A stretch of 64,000 nucleotides of DNA from Barthelona sp. PAP020 (Eukaryota). Within the stretch, counting starts at the first letter, position 1; every line of letters begins with the position of its first letter. Position numbers and translations under genes: made by a program. The notes below the pieces were generated by a model. The model ran no database searches. It saw only the letters and a program-made list of their open reading frames with translations, and had not been told where the DNA came from. Positions 32,901-42,232 of this stretch are shown one piece after another. The stretch is taken from the NCBI GenBank assembly GCA_040182905.1, contig JARQWU010000001.1, forward strand, positions 1-64,000, read 5' to 3'.

Positions 32901-35900
32901 TTCAAAAACACTAGTAGCATTGTCGACATCCATTGATATCTCCTCATCATCCATCATAAAGGCTAAACCATTCAAACCAAACTTAAACAATGTGGTTGTT
33001 CCTCTATTAATATAGAAACCACAAGAATTGACTGAAGTTTTAATGATCGTAGAACGAGAAGGTTGTTGTTGTTGTTCTTGTTCTTTTTGTTCTAGTGGTT
33101 TTTCTTCAATCTCTTTTACTTTAACTTCCCCTGAATCCCAAGAGAAATCAATTTTAGGAAGATCAACCAATGTTAAAGCAACAATTTCCAAAATGGTTTG
33201 ACGATTGAAACTAATCAATAAATCACCAAATTTAGCATCAATATCCATTTTTTCTGGATTCATCAACATTTTCAAATTTAAAAATTTAGAAGTAGAAGAA
33301 TCACATTGAATAAGGTATTGAAATTGTGGCATGATGTAATCAAGAATATTCAATTTTGCTAAAGAAAGATTAATAGTCATAGTATCCATCTCTTTGGTGA
33401 AATCAACAATTAAATTTTCAATTTCCAAATTGATTAATGCATTACCATGTTGTTTACCAATTGAAAAATCAATTTTTTTCAAATTCAGTTTGATGTTTAA
33501 TAACTTAGAAGTATCCAAAGATTCAGCTAATGATTCTACCAAAGATTCTGCAATGGATTCATTATCTTTAATTTCTTTTTTAGTTTCTGCAATTTCTTCA
33601 TTATAATTGGTGGAAGAAGTTTGTTTCAATTCATTTTGAATATCTTCAACATCAGTAAGTTCTAAAACATGTTTATTAATCTCAGGAAGGAAATTTGAAA
33701 CATTTTCTAAAACATCAAGAGAAAATTCAAATTTCAAAGGATCAATATCCAAATTGACATCAATATTGCCATTATTTGCTAAATTAACTCCTGCATTGAA
33801 AGATACATCTGAAAGAAGTTGATAATCTTCATTGGTCTTTTGGATTTTTGCAAACATTTGTGAAAATGCTATTTCATAATTATTATTTTGGGGAGTAAAA
33901 ACTTTCAGTTCTCCAATAGAAAAGATCATTAATTCAGTATCTTTATCATAAACATCCATTGGAATGACCAATTTTGGACCTTTAATAGTTACGTCCAATG
34001 AAATTTTGAAAGTTTTTTTTTCTTTAATTTCTTCATCTTCTTCAATCATATCAACATTATCTAAATCTTCAATGATATCCAATTGATTAAGTTCGTTTTC
34101 AATGAGAACAGTACTATTACTATTATTATTGTTTGTGCTTAATTTATCAACTTCCTCAAGTTTTAATTCTTTCAAACTAACCATAGCCCATTTTTTCAAG
34201 GTAACAAGTTCCGTCAAATTCAAATGAACAATCAATTGTTCAAAACATCCTTTAACATCCAAAGAATCATTAGTTTTATCAAATTCAACAGAAAGATCTA
34301 ATAAATGACTATTAGGTTGAACTGATAACAAATTAGAAAATGCAGAAGATCCTGCTGAAATCAAAATGTTCTTCAATGAAGTTGATAACCTGATCTTTTG
34401 TTCAGCAGATATGTCCACATTTGCTTTAAAATCAATAATTGACATATTTAAAACTGTATCTAAACATTCATCAAGTAATTGAATACTTAAACCTCCAAAA
34501 TCAACATCCAAATGCAACATATCATTCTTTGGTCTAAGCATTAATTCTTCTTCTTCTTTTTCTTTTTGAATTTCAACTTCAACTTTTTGATTAAATCCTT
34601 TGTTCATCTCTTCTTCATCATTTTCAATCTTTTTCTTTGTTTTAGAAAAATGTTCATCAATTCTTTTCAATTCATCAGAAACAGGATATTCAGGGGCTTT
34701 TTCTGATAAATTACCTGTCAAAATAGCTAATATACTATTTACTGCTAACGTAGACAATTTGATACACATGGTACCATTCACACTATCTTGTATTCTTAAA
34801 GCAACACTAAATTGGGGTGTGTCAGGAAGATTAGGTAAACAAGGTAATTTTAAACCAACTGATAAACCACACCTTAGAATCAAAGGAATATCAACCCCAT
34901 TAAATACCTTCGATTCAATAGCAAAAGTAGTTTCAATATCTTGTATGTTATTTACAGGTTCACGAATATGAAAACCAAAATCAATCAGATTAGCATGTAA
35001 TCCAATCTTAGAATCAACTTGAACTGGTACAAATACTGTCAAACCATTGAACTTGGCATTAATTATTGGCAATGGTTGTGGTTTTTCTTCAATTTTTTTT
35101 GCTGACTCAATAGCTTTATCTCCGGCTTGTTTTGATAATGCCAAAATGCTATTGGCAATAATTGATGAATCTTTGGCATAATTTAGCAAATTATCAATGT
35201 TACGCATTAAAATATTAACATGTAATGTGGCAATCGTACAATCAATTCTAGGTAGACCTTCAACTGGTGTATACATTTCAAAAATAAAACAATTTTCACT
35301 GTATTCACTATAGAATAAGGGAACAGGTTCCTTCTTAACAGCTAAAGGATCATTTGCAGCAAACAAAAGTTGTTCCATACTCATCTTCAGAACAGCAGCT
35401 TCAATACCAGTTTCAAAACCAACATCAAATCCTAAAAGCCTGAATTGACCAACTTGATAAGAGGAACGATGGAAGGAAATGTCAAGACCAGCAATTTTAG
35501 CAGAAATACGAGCCTCAGACGATTGTTTGATTTGTTTTATTTCAGTAGTTTTAGATTTTTTGTCCAATTTTATTGGTTTATCCTTCTTTTCAACGGATGT
35601 TTGAATCACATGACGTTCTCTCAGAACAAATTCACCAACTAAATGAAATAAAGCTTCACGATTAACACTTAATTTAATCATACTAGCTTCCAAGTCAACA
35701 CAAAGAGTGAATCCATCAAAATTTGGATGATCATGTTCAAAAGTCATCATGTTCAAGTTGAATAATTTAGCATCAGCTGAAGATTCAAGAATACGTTTGT
35801 GCGCTGCATCAGTCGTAAGATGATCTAAAATACTGATAGAATTAAGCTGGAATTTAATTGAGTTCTTTGAATTATACGCTTTGAAATCAAGATCAATTTC

Positions 35901-38498
35901 ACCCACATGTAAAGAGATCAAATCTAACATAGTACATTTTCCTTCATTGAAAGATAGATGAGTACCAATGGAAACATTTATTCCACTCATCAAAAATCGC
36001 ACATCCATTTTGATGAAAGACCACCAGAGATTGTCAGTAATTCTTTCATCATTATCATCTAAATCTTCTATAATGTTAAGAATTTCTCCGTCTGTAACCT
36101 CAGAAACATGAGTAAGCATTGCAACATCTGATTGTTTTGAACCACCACCAATACCGGATAAACCGTCAAGAATTATTTCAGAAAGATCACGTAAAGACCA
36201 AATAGCATCATCAGAAAATGAAAAATTGATCGAATCTAGTTGTGCACGTACAATTAAGCCTCTTCGATAAAAATCTAAAGTGTTAACGTTCCTTGAAATA
36301 TAACATGAGAAAGAAATATCCTCCATCAAAGTTTCAACAGGTCTTAGCTCCTCAGGCAATAATTCTGTGCAGAAAGGGGAATCATTTGAATAACGAATTT
36401 GCATCTTTGTGTTTTGTAACCTAATTTGATAGTGTTCAAAAATAGGAGGAATTACTTCTGTAGAATTTGTAAATTGAGGGTCAATAATCTCATTTGGATT
36501 ATACCTTAAATTCTCAGGTAATGATTGAACATGCCAATTATCGATAGTTTTAACTGTAATACAACCTAAATCAAAAACTAAGGATGTACAATAATTCATG
36601 TGTGTTAGATCAAAAGGCATGATTATTGTTGGTGCGTTTAATTGTAAATTCATGTTTATACGTTTCTGAGCTCTTAGCAATCTCATAACATTTTGCTTCA
36701 TGTCATTTTGAAGAGTGGATTTTTTAATTTTGCTACCATAATTCTTTACGGGAACTTGATCTCGTTCAAACACTTGAAGTACTTGTTGAATTACACCCAA
36801 GTCTCCTAAAATGATAGAAGATGCCAAAGATGCAAAAACATCAACTTTTTCTTCAAACAAATCAACACGGGCGTCGATAAAGTTTGATTGACTATTCTTT
36901 GAAAAAATATGTTCAGTCTCATTGAATACAATCATATTTTCAAGGGAGAATTTAATTGAACTATTACCATTTGCTTGGGATGTGAAATTCATACTCAAAT
37001 CATTCAATTCAAGTCCAGCAACAATTTCTTCTCTGCTGAATAAACTTAAATTGGTTGAAATCTTGTTAATATTTAACAAAAATTGAGTTGTAACATAATC
37101 TGGAGGATCTTCAATCTCCACTTCATTAAAATCGATTGCTTGAATTAATTCTGCTCGTTCATCATCAGTTAAAACACCAGCAGATTTTTCAACTTTTGCA
37201 GAAAACATTTTGGAAAAAAAACCTTTCTTATTTTGAATGCTTTGATTCTTTTTCATTTCAATAGCCATTTCATTTTCAGCTATCGTTCTTAACCTTGTCA
37301 ATTCTTCAAAACTTAGAAACATTTCGATTTTTTTAAAAAGCTTTTCATCTACGTTCTCATCATATTCAGGCAAAAATGGTGATTTACACTTCTTTTTCCA
37401 CAAAGTCAAATAGGCTTGACTATGTAAAGCTCTTAATAAAATAAATTTATCATCTTCAAAATATAGAGTCTCTTTTCGTTTAATTGAAGCAACATTCCTT
37501 GCATATTCTAACCACCCAAAACTATCATTCAGATCTCGTGGTCTTAAAGAACCATACTTTGTTATACTGACAAAAGAACTAACGTATGATACAGTATCCA
37601 TCAAATTCTGATACTGCAAATCACATAAATTAGTACCAATCTTAGGAATTGCTAATTCAATTTTTAATCTTGGCTCTTCTAAGGCAGGTCCTAATTTGTT
37701 GATAGTAACATTTGCAATGGCATCAATAGGCTCAAGAAGATACGATCTATCCTTTAAATCAAGCATTTTATCCAACTTTGCTCGCATAAAATTAGAATAT
37801 ACTGAAATCGATTCAGTTGGTGCATATTCCATCTCTCGCATCCGATAATCAAATGAATATATCGATAATCCACTTAAAAAAGCTCGTTTATTGTATTTAT
37901 CAAATTTGCCTGTTAAGAACAATTCTTTACCTTTTTCATCAACAGTATGCATCTTTAATTCCTTTATTGTAAAACCAATTACTGATTTTGCAATGGGATT
38001 TTCAATTCTGATGTGCAAATTTTGAACTTGAACTCTCAAATTAGCTAAAATAGAAGTAATAAGGTTAGAAATCAAACCATCTTTTTTTTCATTGCCCTTT
38101 TCTGCCTTTTCTTTCATTATTGCACGTTTAGCTTCAAATGCAGCTAAATTTTTTAATTTCTTTTCAAATTCAGTCTCAATAAATGATTTAGTAAAAGAAG
38201 AACCAAAAGTAACTTCAGATTTAGGTTCTAAAGTAATGAAAATGTCTTGGATCTTTGCAGTTACAGATTCTGATTTCAAGGAAGTCCAAGGTACATTCAG
38301 TTCTAATTTGGTTAAAACACCTTTTTTAATTGTAAATGCAGGAAAAATATCTTCTAAACAATCACGCTTCAAAAATAAATCAGTTAATTCAATTTTTCCA
38401 GAAAAAACACTGATTTGAAGTTTGTCAGCCGGCAAATTTTCAACATATATCCCTAATGTTGAAGATAAAACCGTTGAAGCAAGTTTCTCGAGAAACAT
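26937..38498 (-). CDS. VPS13: VPS13 bridge-like lipid transfer protein (~3850 aa)
   Basis: Chorein N-terminus (LGIYVENL...LQISVFSGKIEL...LNVPWTSL) and ATG2_C-like GNPITLFNSIGNGVDDFYYEP...GITGIVTQPIKGAEEEGFIGGIKGFG. Start set at MFLEKLAS. Confidence 0.95.
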   Translation of the reverse strand: MFLEKLASTVLSSTLGIYVENLPADKLQISVFSGKIELTDLFLKRDCLEDIFPAFTIKKGVLTKLELNVPWTSLKSESVTAKIQDIFITLEPKSEVTFGSSFTKSFIETEFEKKLKNLAAFEAKRAIMKEKAEKGNEKKDGLISNLITSILANLRVQVQNLHIRIENPIAKSVIGFTIKELKMHTVDEKGKELFLTGKFDKYNKRAFLSGLSIYSFDYRMREMEYAPTESISVYSNFMRAKLDKMLDLKDRSYLLEPIDAIANVTINKLGPALEEPRLKIELAIPKIGTNLCDLQYQNLMDTVSYVSSFVSITKYGSLRPRDLNDSFGWLEYARNVASIKRKETLYFEDDKFILLRALHSQAYLTLWKKKCKSPFLPEYDENVDEKLFKKIEMFLSFEELTRLRTIAENEMAIEMKKNQSIQNKKGFFSKMFSAKVEKSAGVLTDDERAELIQAIDFNEVEIEDPPDYVTTQFLLNINKISTNLSLFSREEIVAGLELNDLSMNFTSQANGNSSIKFSLENMIVFNETEHIFSKNSQSNFIDARVDLFEEKVDVFASLASSIILGDLGVIQQVLQVFERDQVPVKNYGSKIKKSTLQNDMKQNVMRLLRAQKRINMNLQLNAPTIIMPFDLTHMNYCTSLVFDLGCITVKTIDNWHVQSLPENLRYNPNEIIDPQFTNSTEVIPPIFEHYQIRLQNTKMQIRYSNDSPFCTELLPEELRPVETLMEDISFSCYISRNVNTLDFYRRGLIVRAQLDSINFSFSDDAIWSLRDLSEIILDGLSGIGGGSKQSDVAMLTHVSEVTDGEILNIIEDLDDNDERITDNLWWSFIKMDVRFLMSGINVSIGTHLSFNEGKCTMLDLISLHVGEIDLDFKAYNSKNSIKFQLNSISILDHLTTDAAHKRILESSADAKLFNLNMMTFEHDHPNFDGFTLCVDLEASMIKLSVNREALFHLVGEFVLRERHVIQTSVEKKDKPIKLDKKSKTTEIKQIKQSSEARISAKIAGLDISFHRSSYQVGQFRLLGFDVGFETGIEAAVLKMSMEQLLFAANDPLAVKKEPVPLFYSEYSENCFIFEMYTPVEGLPRIDCTIATLHVNILMRNIDNLLNYAKDSSIIANSILALSKQAGDKAIESAKKIEEKPQPLPIINAKFNGLTVFVPVQVDSKIGLHANLIDFGFHIREPVNNIQDIETTFAIESKVFNGVDIPLILRCGLSVGLKLPCLPNLPDTPQFSVALRIQDSVNGTMCIKLSTLAVNSILAILTGNLSEKAPEYPVSDELKRIDEHFSKTKKKIENDEEEMNKGFNQKVEVEIQKEKEEEELMLRPKNDMLHLDVDFGGLSIQLLDECLDTVLNMSIIDFKANVDISAEQKIRLSTSLKNILISAGSSAFSNLLSVQPNSHLLDLSVEFDKTNDSLDVKGCFEQLIVHLNLTELVTLKKWAMVSLKELKLEEVDKLSTNNNNSNSTVLIENELNQLDIIEDLDNVDMIEEDEEIKEKKTFKISLDVTIKGPKLVIPMDVYDKDTELMIFSIGELKVFTPQNNNYEIAFSQMFAKIQKTNEDYQLLSDVSFNAGVNLANNGNIDVNLDIDPLKFEFSLDVLENVSNFLPEINKHVLELTDVEDIQNELKQTSSTNYNEEIAETKKEIKDNESIAESLVESLAESLDTSKLLNIKLNLKKIDFSIGKQHGNALINLEIENLIVDFTKEMDTMTINLSLAKLNILDYIMPQFQYLIQCDSSTSKFLNLKMLMNPEKMDIDAKFGDLLISFNRQTILEIVALTLVDLPKIDFSWDSGEVKVKEIEEKPLEQKEQEQQQQPSRSTIIKTSVNSCGFYINRGTTTLFKFGLNGLAFMMDDEEISMDVDNATSVFEHSGKYHEFVRCPEDTAKFLYFKMLKNQYVDKPFITVEMKNMEVIYVHAMTNSLLAYLEDSQFFIDQMQKLTAATKETTVKTAKEAQKSIIPTVDIKVNNIHLIIPERPYYFDTAIDLTLDKLHLSIKNPDDKNIQLIALKGGFSIDRGNVTQQVLPLTTFDIDFGKSIYGDKILLDVCTSEMNFFMDDILYDQLLTTLNDNFKDNYLQEFKEEEEIDNTINNALKKSDETFISKETQEAKEVQILDTKVDQTPQTQDETQPQTSVQIVANVKLNTISLTLASIEKKQDIGSFIFAGLTLSFSKEDSDMTLSCDIREISIVDLRSDLFVNPNIISKKSMINSNNDADENDEYPIAVDNDMILIRCYIQEDETAVQLSLNSISILPNATFIDDILSFVLLPLKRHSRDDEIDSSFDIDIASDVADLDDNMLTLTRPEIKQEKVEIETAQKEKINAPAPPDSIYRTDIKLSISVVEIILIEEAKNPESRCIGAILSSYVHFEQQNNVKEVNVGFNIVDVITFNLHEINETSAVVTDISQWNVSFIETIENDQKLRQIRVNLPKIVFRFSYQDCLMLYGISLDYIDSLTEHLSSTMDEMSQKSKSIDRTTDFELSSVNTDVVPAETQDDTRLELEVIGDVVEFVLILDLPNKPPMPLIRINMSHISTLILMAKQSIDIKATIGFEFNIWSDDQTIYEPFIEEFVYGCHILKDSKQTNVTLGPITQDFPFKNDVAFTPPSADLNINLVSNQFNMLLNSLVQLKTTETAKTTQQDLTPVVLLNRSDYDFTLQFNPPHQTTLQSIDFPSHTMNDVIFEMETTKQGIVPFRHHAADSHILVERLRLVGASLNTPVSFFLTRAYSTILSLSDGTNLLLELRPINRMRTLVISSAVRIKNCIDFDVEIESNLFRDLLHSGDISSLPLVGGEVIPWHLIYNGCQSPDYMVDQKILSVCLDKNDRNLIGPTPNNFTVSIETSHDEFGPILLIKPLISIRNTLPLNVEIVLNEESINLEANSAKVDILGTDQQIHTIEICIPKLNMKSGILSVADLNESSRVVDMFIDGSAVEVQMQIMLEKNESSYSIHVSHVVANYLPIPFELEVDSHVYLLNAFDQEPGILLLTATKADENIFKLRTIDDIDIDECTFIPDIRNDQHIKVGDYNIGVDIHNIEGNHFNVSLLPRFHFINKSCNSFSIEPRGGNSVEIEAGSTHEVIHFSSMPLDEKSEFEVKLAESSGMFYPTTPINLCKVGDFFLATEFRQKSTNLLNLFIQIRLQDSQIVCIINDGNSLATPFKITNHSAHILHICQVLSTDGELVTKDSTNIKTTPLTALDSNQNSYFLPQFQAHSPQLRLMTPRLIDPEFVIIDLNEINIIPKFIKVSSERQLMYRSYFRNGTFIVAIYDFSEELSKRIAKKELKKQFLEMKVDISIPNITVVLIDTLPRELALFNINQITLNYEKHTSSNRIEFKIHNIQLENLIHGSMEPFVMFRPRKERTMQLPLMRLTVVQNIEDKHTLFLDYFALSLQEIELRMTDNFLVTCLNFFNVLELDRISKVVDILTDFLPAREKKVQLSLIEKYMQMELEKQVNKIYLNNFIIHPLCFIVTFECTDISLASFGIPRSVIRLFSMLLNVKDFKLCMNACSFEKLSLAKDAFVSTMVDFYRGQVIGPLTAVKGLLSFSLIGNPITLFNSIGNGVDDFYYEPEDGEVLDLGDIASRTAGGMVSLFRNTTSGAFGVIGGFMGTLEKGLVNISMDDQFAQEHAMQRQRTEDLGSGLVEAGKSFVGGFWDGITGIVTQPIKGAEEEGFIGGIKGFGAGIIGVVAKPLAGTTAGIARIADGAQKSFSTMNKVTRSRFERALAPFKPIYAYNSIEAIVYHKIKEEEENSVWFHMFIVDPNIYVLTLTHLFCYTINTGKLSLTWKCSLQSIGTDRIFLENSTIIIVTDQSSEGFFGLFSEPIQHKITNIPSLEYSHDIVRWIVSAKRAKNDFDSEMKKKKN

Positions 38499-38898
38499 GT
38501 TGGAAAAAAGAAAAAATTTCTTGATATTTTCATTTTGTTTTTTCGAACATTTTTGTATTTTAGAAGAATAAAAAGGTGTTGAACAAATATTTACAAAAAA
38601 AAAGCAAAATTTTGTGAAGCAATCAAATGAAAAGAAAGTGCAATTGGTTTTGGATTTCATTCATCAATCAAACAAAATCGTTAGTTTTTTTGGTGTATCT
38701 TTTGATTCTGTACCCAAATCATTTTAACTTTCAATTATTTGCATCAATTTCTTTGTTTTCGAATAATTTATTCCAATATTTAATGCTTTAATTATAAATA
38801 TTATCAATAACTGATTATAATTTCTTGTTAAGAAGTAAAATGAGGTGCAAAAATCAAAATTGAAAAACATAATTTTCTTTTTTTCATTCACTTCATTG

Positions 38899-40827
38899 AT
38901 GTCTATGAATTTGGACCTGTCAAAGGTGTCAAAATTGAGACATCCTGAAAGACCAGTCACTCCACGTAACAGTAGTAGGAAGTTATTCGCAGGAGATTAT
39001 TCCGATAGACCTCAATCTGCATATGTAATGAATCAAGATACATATTACAATGATTTAAGACCACCTACTGCACGTCAGTCTGTAGAAAGATTTGAAGTAC
39101 CACCTTCTCGTATGGGAAATCGCAGTTCAGATGCACCTCCCCCTACAGCCCGTAGTAATTCATCTGGTTTCAGACCAAATACTTTAGAAGAGGCTATGGA
39201 ATATCTTGAGCAATGTCCTGAAGAAGAAATTAAAAGATCTTTGAAATATTTGAATTTCAATTTAAAGCAACGCAGTCATCTTTGTTATGAAGATCGAGAC
39301 AAAATTCAACAATTATTGGGACGTTGTTTTGATTTTAATAATCCTAAATTGGTTGTTAATGCAGCCAAAATTATTTTACAATATCAGTTGTCAAGTTCAG
39401 CTTGTCGTAATGCTATTAAGGCATTATTTAAATTATCTAGAGACAGCAAAAATGATGTTTTTTTAAATTCAAGTACTTTGTACAGTCTTGTTATCTCAAT
39501 AATTGAAAAATATTTGCAAATAAAGGAAAGGATTACTGATGAAATGGTTTATGCTGGTGCTTTTCTTAAAAATTCCAGTCAAGACGTTGAACAAAAAACC
39601 CTGTTAGATTGTGGTGGTGTAAACAAAATAACTTCCTTAATGGCGTTATTAGCTGCAAGATGGCCTTCAGAAAGCCTGAAAGGAGATAGATCTATTCAAT
39701 TGGCTGTTCAGTTGGTTGGTACATTGCGTAATTTGGCTAGTATTCCGAATTCTGCTGTGTATTTTGCTGAACCTGGTGTTTTAGAATCTTTGTTACGTTT
39801 ATCTTCTTTAGGAGTAAGTTCTCAAGAGTTAGTTTTTTCTGTGGCAAGAATCTTTTCAAAATTGTCCTTAGATGACAGGTGTAGGGAAGCTTTTACTACT
39901 GAAGCATGTCTAAGTTCATTGGTTTCATGTTTATATGAGCAAAGATTTAATACTGAGATCGTTGTTCGTTTAGCATTTGGTCTGGGAAATTTGTGTACTT
40001 TTTCTGAAGATGCTAGAATCATTTTGTGCTTTGATTGTGCAGGAGCTCAATCAGTAATTGATGTTTTTGCTACGCTTGCAATTTCTCTTTTGGAACAACC
40101 ACAAAATGAAGTTGTGGATGCATTTGCAAAGGTTGTAAGACTTGTTGCCAATTTATCAATCAATACAGATGCTGGAACAATGATTTCATCCACATTAGGA
40201 ATTGAGAATTTGCCCAAAAGTTTGATTAAATTATCTGAATGTGAAGGGCCCAAAGTTCCTGAAGCTTTGTTAAATGCTTTAGCTGCTACTACCAATTTAA
40301 CATTCTATGGTTCTCCTTCAAATAGAATAACAGCCCAATATGAAGAATTGACCCCAACACTAGTTTCTCTTTTAGCTTATGATAATGATGAAATTGTTTT
40401 TGAATCAGCAAGATCCCTTGGTAATTTATCCAGAATAGCTGCTGTTAGAGCAATTTTATCACAACATCCTCATTGTGAAGTTATTGCTGTTTTATTGAAC
40501 CATTCACAAGTTGAAATTTTAGAGGCTACTTGTGGAATTTTAGTCAATATTGCATCAGACGTTGATTTTAAGAGTTGTATTTATGAATCTGGAGCTTTAA
40601 AATATTTGTTTGATTTGGTAACAATGCATTGGATGGTTGAAAATCCTGCTTTGGCTGTTGTTGTTTTGAAAACCATCTTTAATTATCTATTGAACAATAG
40701 AGAAGGTGTTGAACAGCATAATATTGAGGATTGTCGTGCATTAATAAATAAATTAGCTACGTCTAATGTGCAACATCCGGAAATGAATATGGTTTTACAA
40801 AGATTGAGTCAATTGATCAATAGATAA
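38899..40827 (+). CDS. ARMC2: Armadillo-repeat protein, ARMC2-like (cilia associated)
   Basis: HPERPVTPR N-terminal motif, LFKLSRDSKNDVF, QLVGTLRNL, ARIFSKLS, IVVRLAFGLGNL, KVVRLVANLSIN and ESARSLGNLSR. Start set at MSMNL. Confidence 0.8.
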   Translation: MSMNLDLSKVSKLRHPERPVTPRNSSRKLFAGDYSDRPQSAYVMNQDTYYNDLRPPTARQSVERFEVPPSRMGNRSSDAPPPTARSNSSGFRPNTLEEAMEYLEQCPEEEIKRSLKYLNFNLKQRSHLCYEDRDKIQQLLGRCFDFNNPKLVVNAAKIILQYQLSSSACRNAIKALFKLSRDSKNDVFLNSSTLYSLVISIIEKYLQIKERITDEMVYAGAFLKNSSQDVEQKTLLDCGGVNKITSLMALLAARWPSESLKGDRSIQLAVQLVGTLRNLASIPNSAVYFAEPGVLESLLRLSSLGVSSQELVFSVARIFSKLSLDDRCREAFTTEACLSSLVSCLYEQRFNTEIVVRLAFGLGNLCTFSEDARIILCFDCAGAQSVIDVFATLAISLLEQPQNEVVDAFAKVVRLVANLSINTDAGTMISSTLGIENLPKSLIKLSECEGPKVPEALLNALAATTNLTFYGSPSNRITAQYEELTPTLVSLLAYDNDEIVFESARSLGNLSRIAAVRAILSQHPHCEVIAVLLNHSQVEILEATCGILVNIASDVDFKSCIYESGALKYLFDLVTMHWMVENPALAVVVLKTIFNYLLNNREGVEQHNIEDCRALINKLATSNVQHPEMNMVLQRLSQLINR

Positions 40828-40996
40828 GTGTATAGTGGTATTAATCATCATTTGTGCCTTTTTTTGCAGGTAAATAGAATTATCATCCTTTTTTTATTTT
40901 TTCGTTTTAATTGTTGTTTCAAGGCAATCAGGAAGTATGTTTGGAAACAGAATTCAAAAAAAAAAAATTTCAAATTTAAACACAAATATTTATAAC

Positions 40997-42184
40997 TCAA
41001 TTAATTTGACCACCCAACAATGCGACCGAGGAAGTTGTATTCTTTGGTTCAGGTGTTTCATAAACCCTATTAAATGTGTATTTTCGATAAAGTAATATCA
41101 ATAAGAAGGTTAACAGATTTTGACCTATATATATAACACTTGCTCCTGTTCCAAAGGCACCACCTCTCAACCACCAAGTTGAACAACCAGTTGAAAAAGG
41201 ACAAATAGCACCATCAGCAACTTTGTACCCAGCCAAAGACGATAAACCAAACCACAAACTAAACAAATCATCAATGCAATGGAGTGTCCAATTCATAACC
41301 AAATCACCACTTGATCTGTACAAAAAACACCAACACATACCTTCACAAGTCACATTAAAAGCCATGAGCAAAAATTCATAAGTACTTCCCCATTGTACAT
41401 TATTAAAATGACATAATGCATAAACCCATCCCGAAATTAAATATAAGCACAAAATAGAATGAGGCCCTTCATTTTTATGCCCACCAAAAAGATGGGTATT
41501 CATCCTTTGAGAAGGATGAGTTCCAGAAGGCATAAAAATGGCGTTAATATACCCTCTCCAAGCTGTTTCTTCATCAATAGCATTAATCCAAAGCCAAATT
41601 TGTTGAACTACAAAAAAATACACAACTTTGCCAATCCCACCAGCAATGTATGAAGGACTCTTTGAATAATCAACACAATGAAGTCCACCATAACAATTAG
41701 TCAGTTGATACAAAAAAGGAGTCAATGCATGGGTTCCAATGCAAATTGAAAGCACTATCAAGATTCTAAAACCCCATTTTGACCAATTGGGTGACCAACT
41801 TTTTGGAATACCAAGATCAATTAATGTTCTACCAGCCCATTTCATCCACAAAAGTGTCATTAGAATATTTATAACTGAAAAAAGACTATGCCACCAACTT
41901 TGTTGAATATCAAAGCTAGAAGCGTCTGTAAATGATCTTCGTGTACATGCAGATATTATCGAAAAGGTAACAACTAAAATTGAAAAGAAAGAAGTCTTAA
42001 GATTCAGCCATACAGTTTTAAAAAATCCTTTTTTGAAACTGTTTCGGGGATTTTTAAAAAATAAAGATTGAATACAAGAATCAAAAAATAAAATTAAAAA
42101 AAATCCCAAAAAAGAAAAGCCTACCATCTTACCGGATCGTTTTAGAAGCATACTTAAGTGCTCCAACTGTTGAGATGAAAACAT
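40997..42184 (-). CDS. CPBP/Abi (type II CAAX prenyl protease, Rce1-like) intramembrane protease
   Basis: Multi-TM protein with EETAWRG (EExxxR), YALCH and HCIDD (HxxxD/N) motifs. Start set at MFSSQQ. Confidence 0.75.
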   Translation of the reverse strand: MFSSQQLEHLSMLLKRSGKMVGFSFLGFFLILFFDSCIQSLFFKNPRNSFKKGFFKTVWLNLKTSFFSILVVTFSIISACTRRSFTDASSFDIQQSWWHSLFSVINILMTLLWMKWAGRTLIDLGIPKSWSPNWSKWGFRILIVLSICIGTHALTPFLYQLTNCYGGLHCVDYSKSPSYIAGGIGKVVYFFVVQQIWLWINAIDEETAWRGYINAIFMPSGTHPSQRMNTHLFGGHKNEGPHSILCLYLISGWVYALCHFNNVQWGSTYEFLLMAFNVTCEGMCWCFLYRSSGDLVMNWTLHCIDDLFSLWFGLSSLAGYKVADGAICPFSTGCSTWWLRGGAFGTGASVIYIGQNLLTFLLILLYRKYTFNRVYETPEPKNTTSSVALLGGQIN

Positions 42185-42232
42185 AAAACTTTTCTTTGAA
42201 AATAAAAACAAAAATCCTTTTTTATTGATGCT
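42185..42232. promoter_or_regulatory. 48-bp divergent intergenic spacer (putative bidirectional promoter)
   Basis: Lies between the inferred ATG of the CPBP gene (-) and the ATG of the GPI transferase (+). Confidence 0.4.

Noticed and set aside
38499..38898. N-terminal extensions of VPS13 and ARMC2 and the 78-aa ORF 38724-38960
   Set aside because: Phe/Lys-rich translations of the AT-rich divergent promoter. Homology begins at the downstream ATGs.
40855..40875. ttttttgcag|gt resembling a splice acceptor
   Set aside because: It lies after the ARMC2 stop, with no matching donor or downstream exon.
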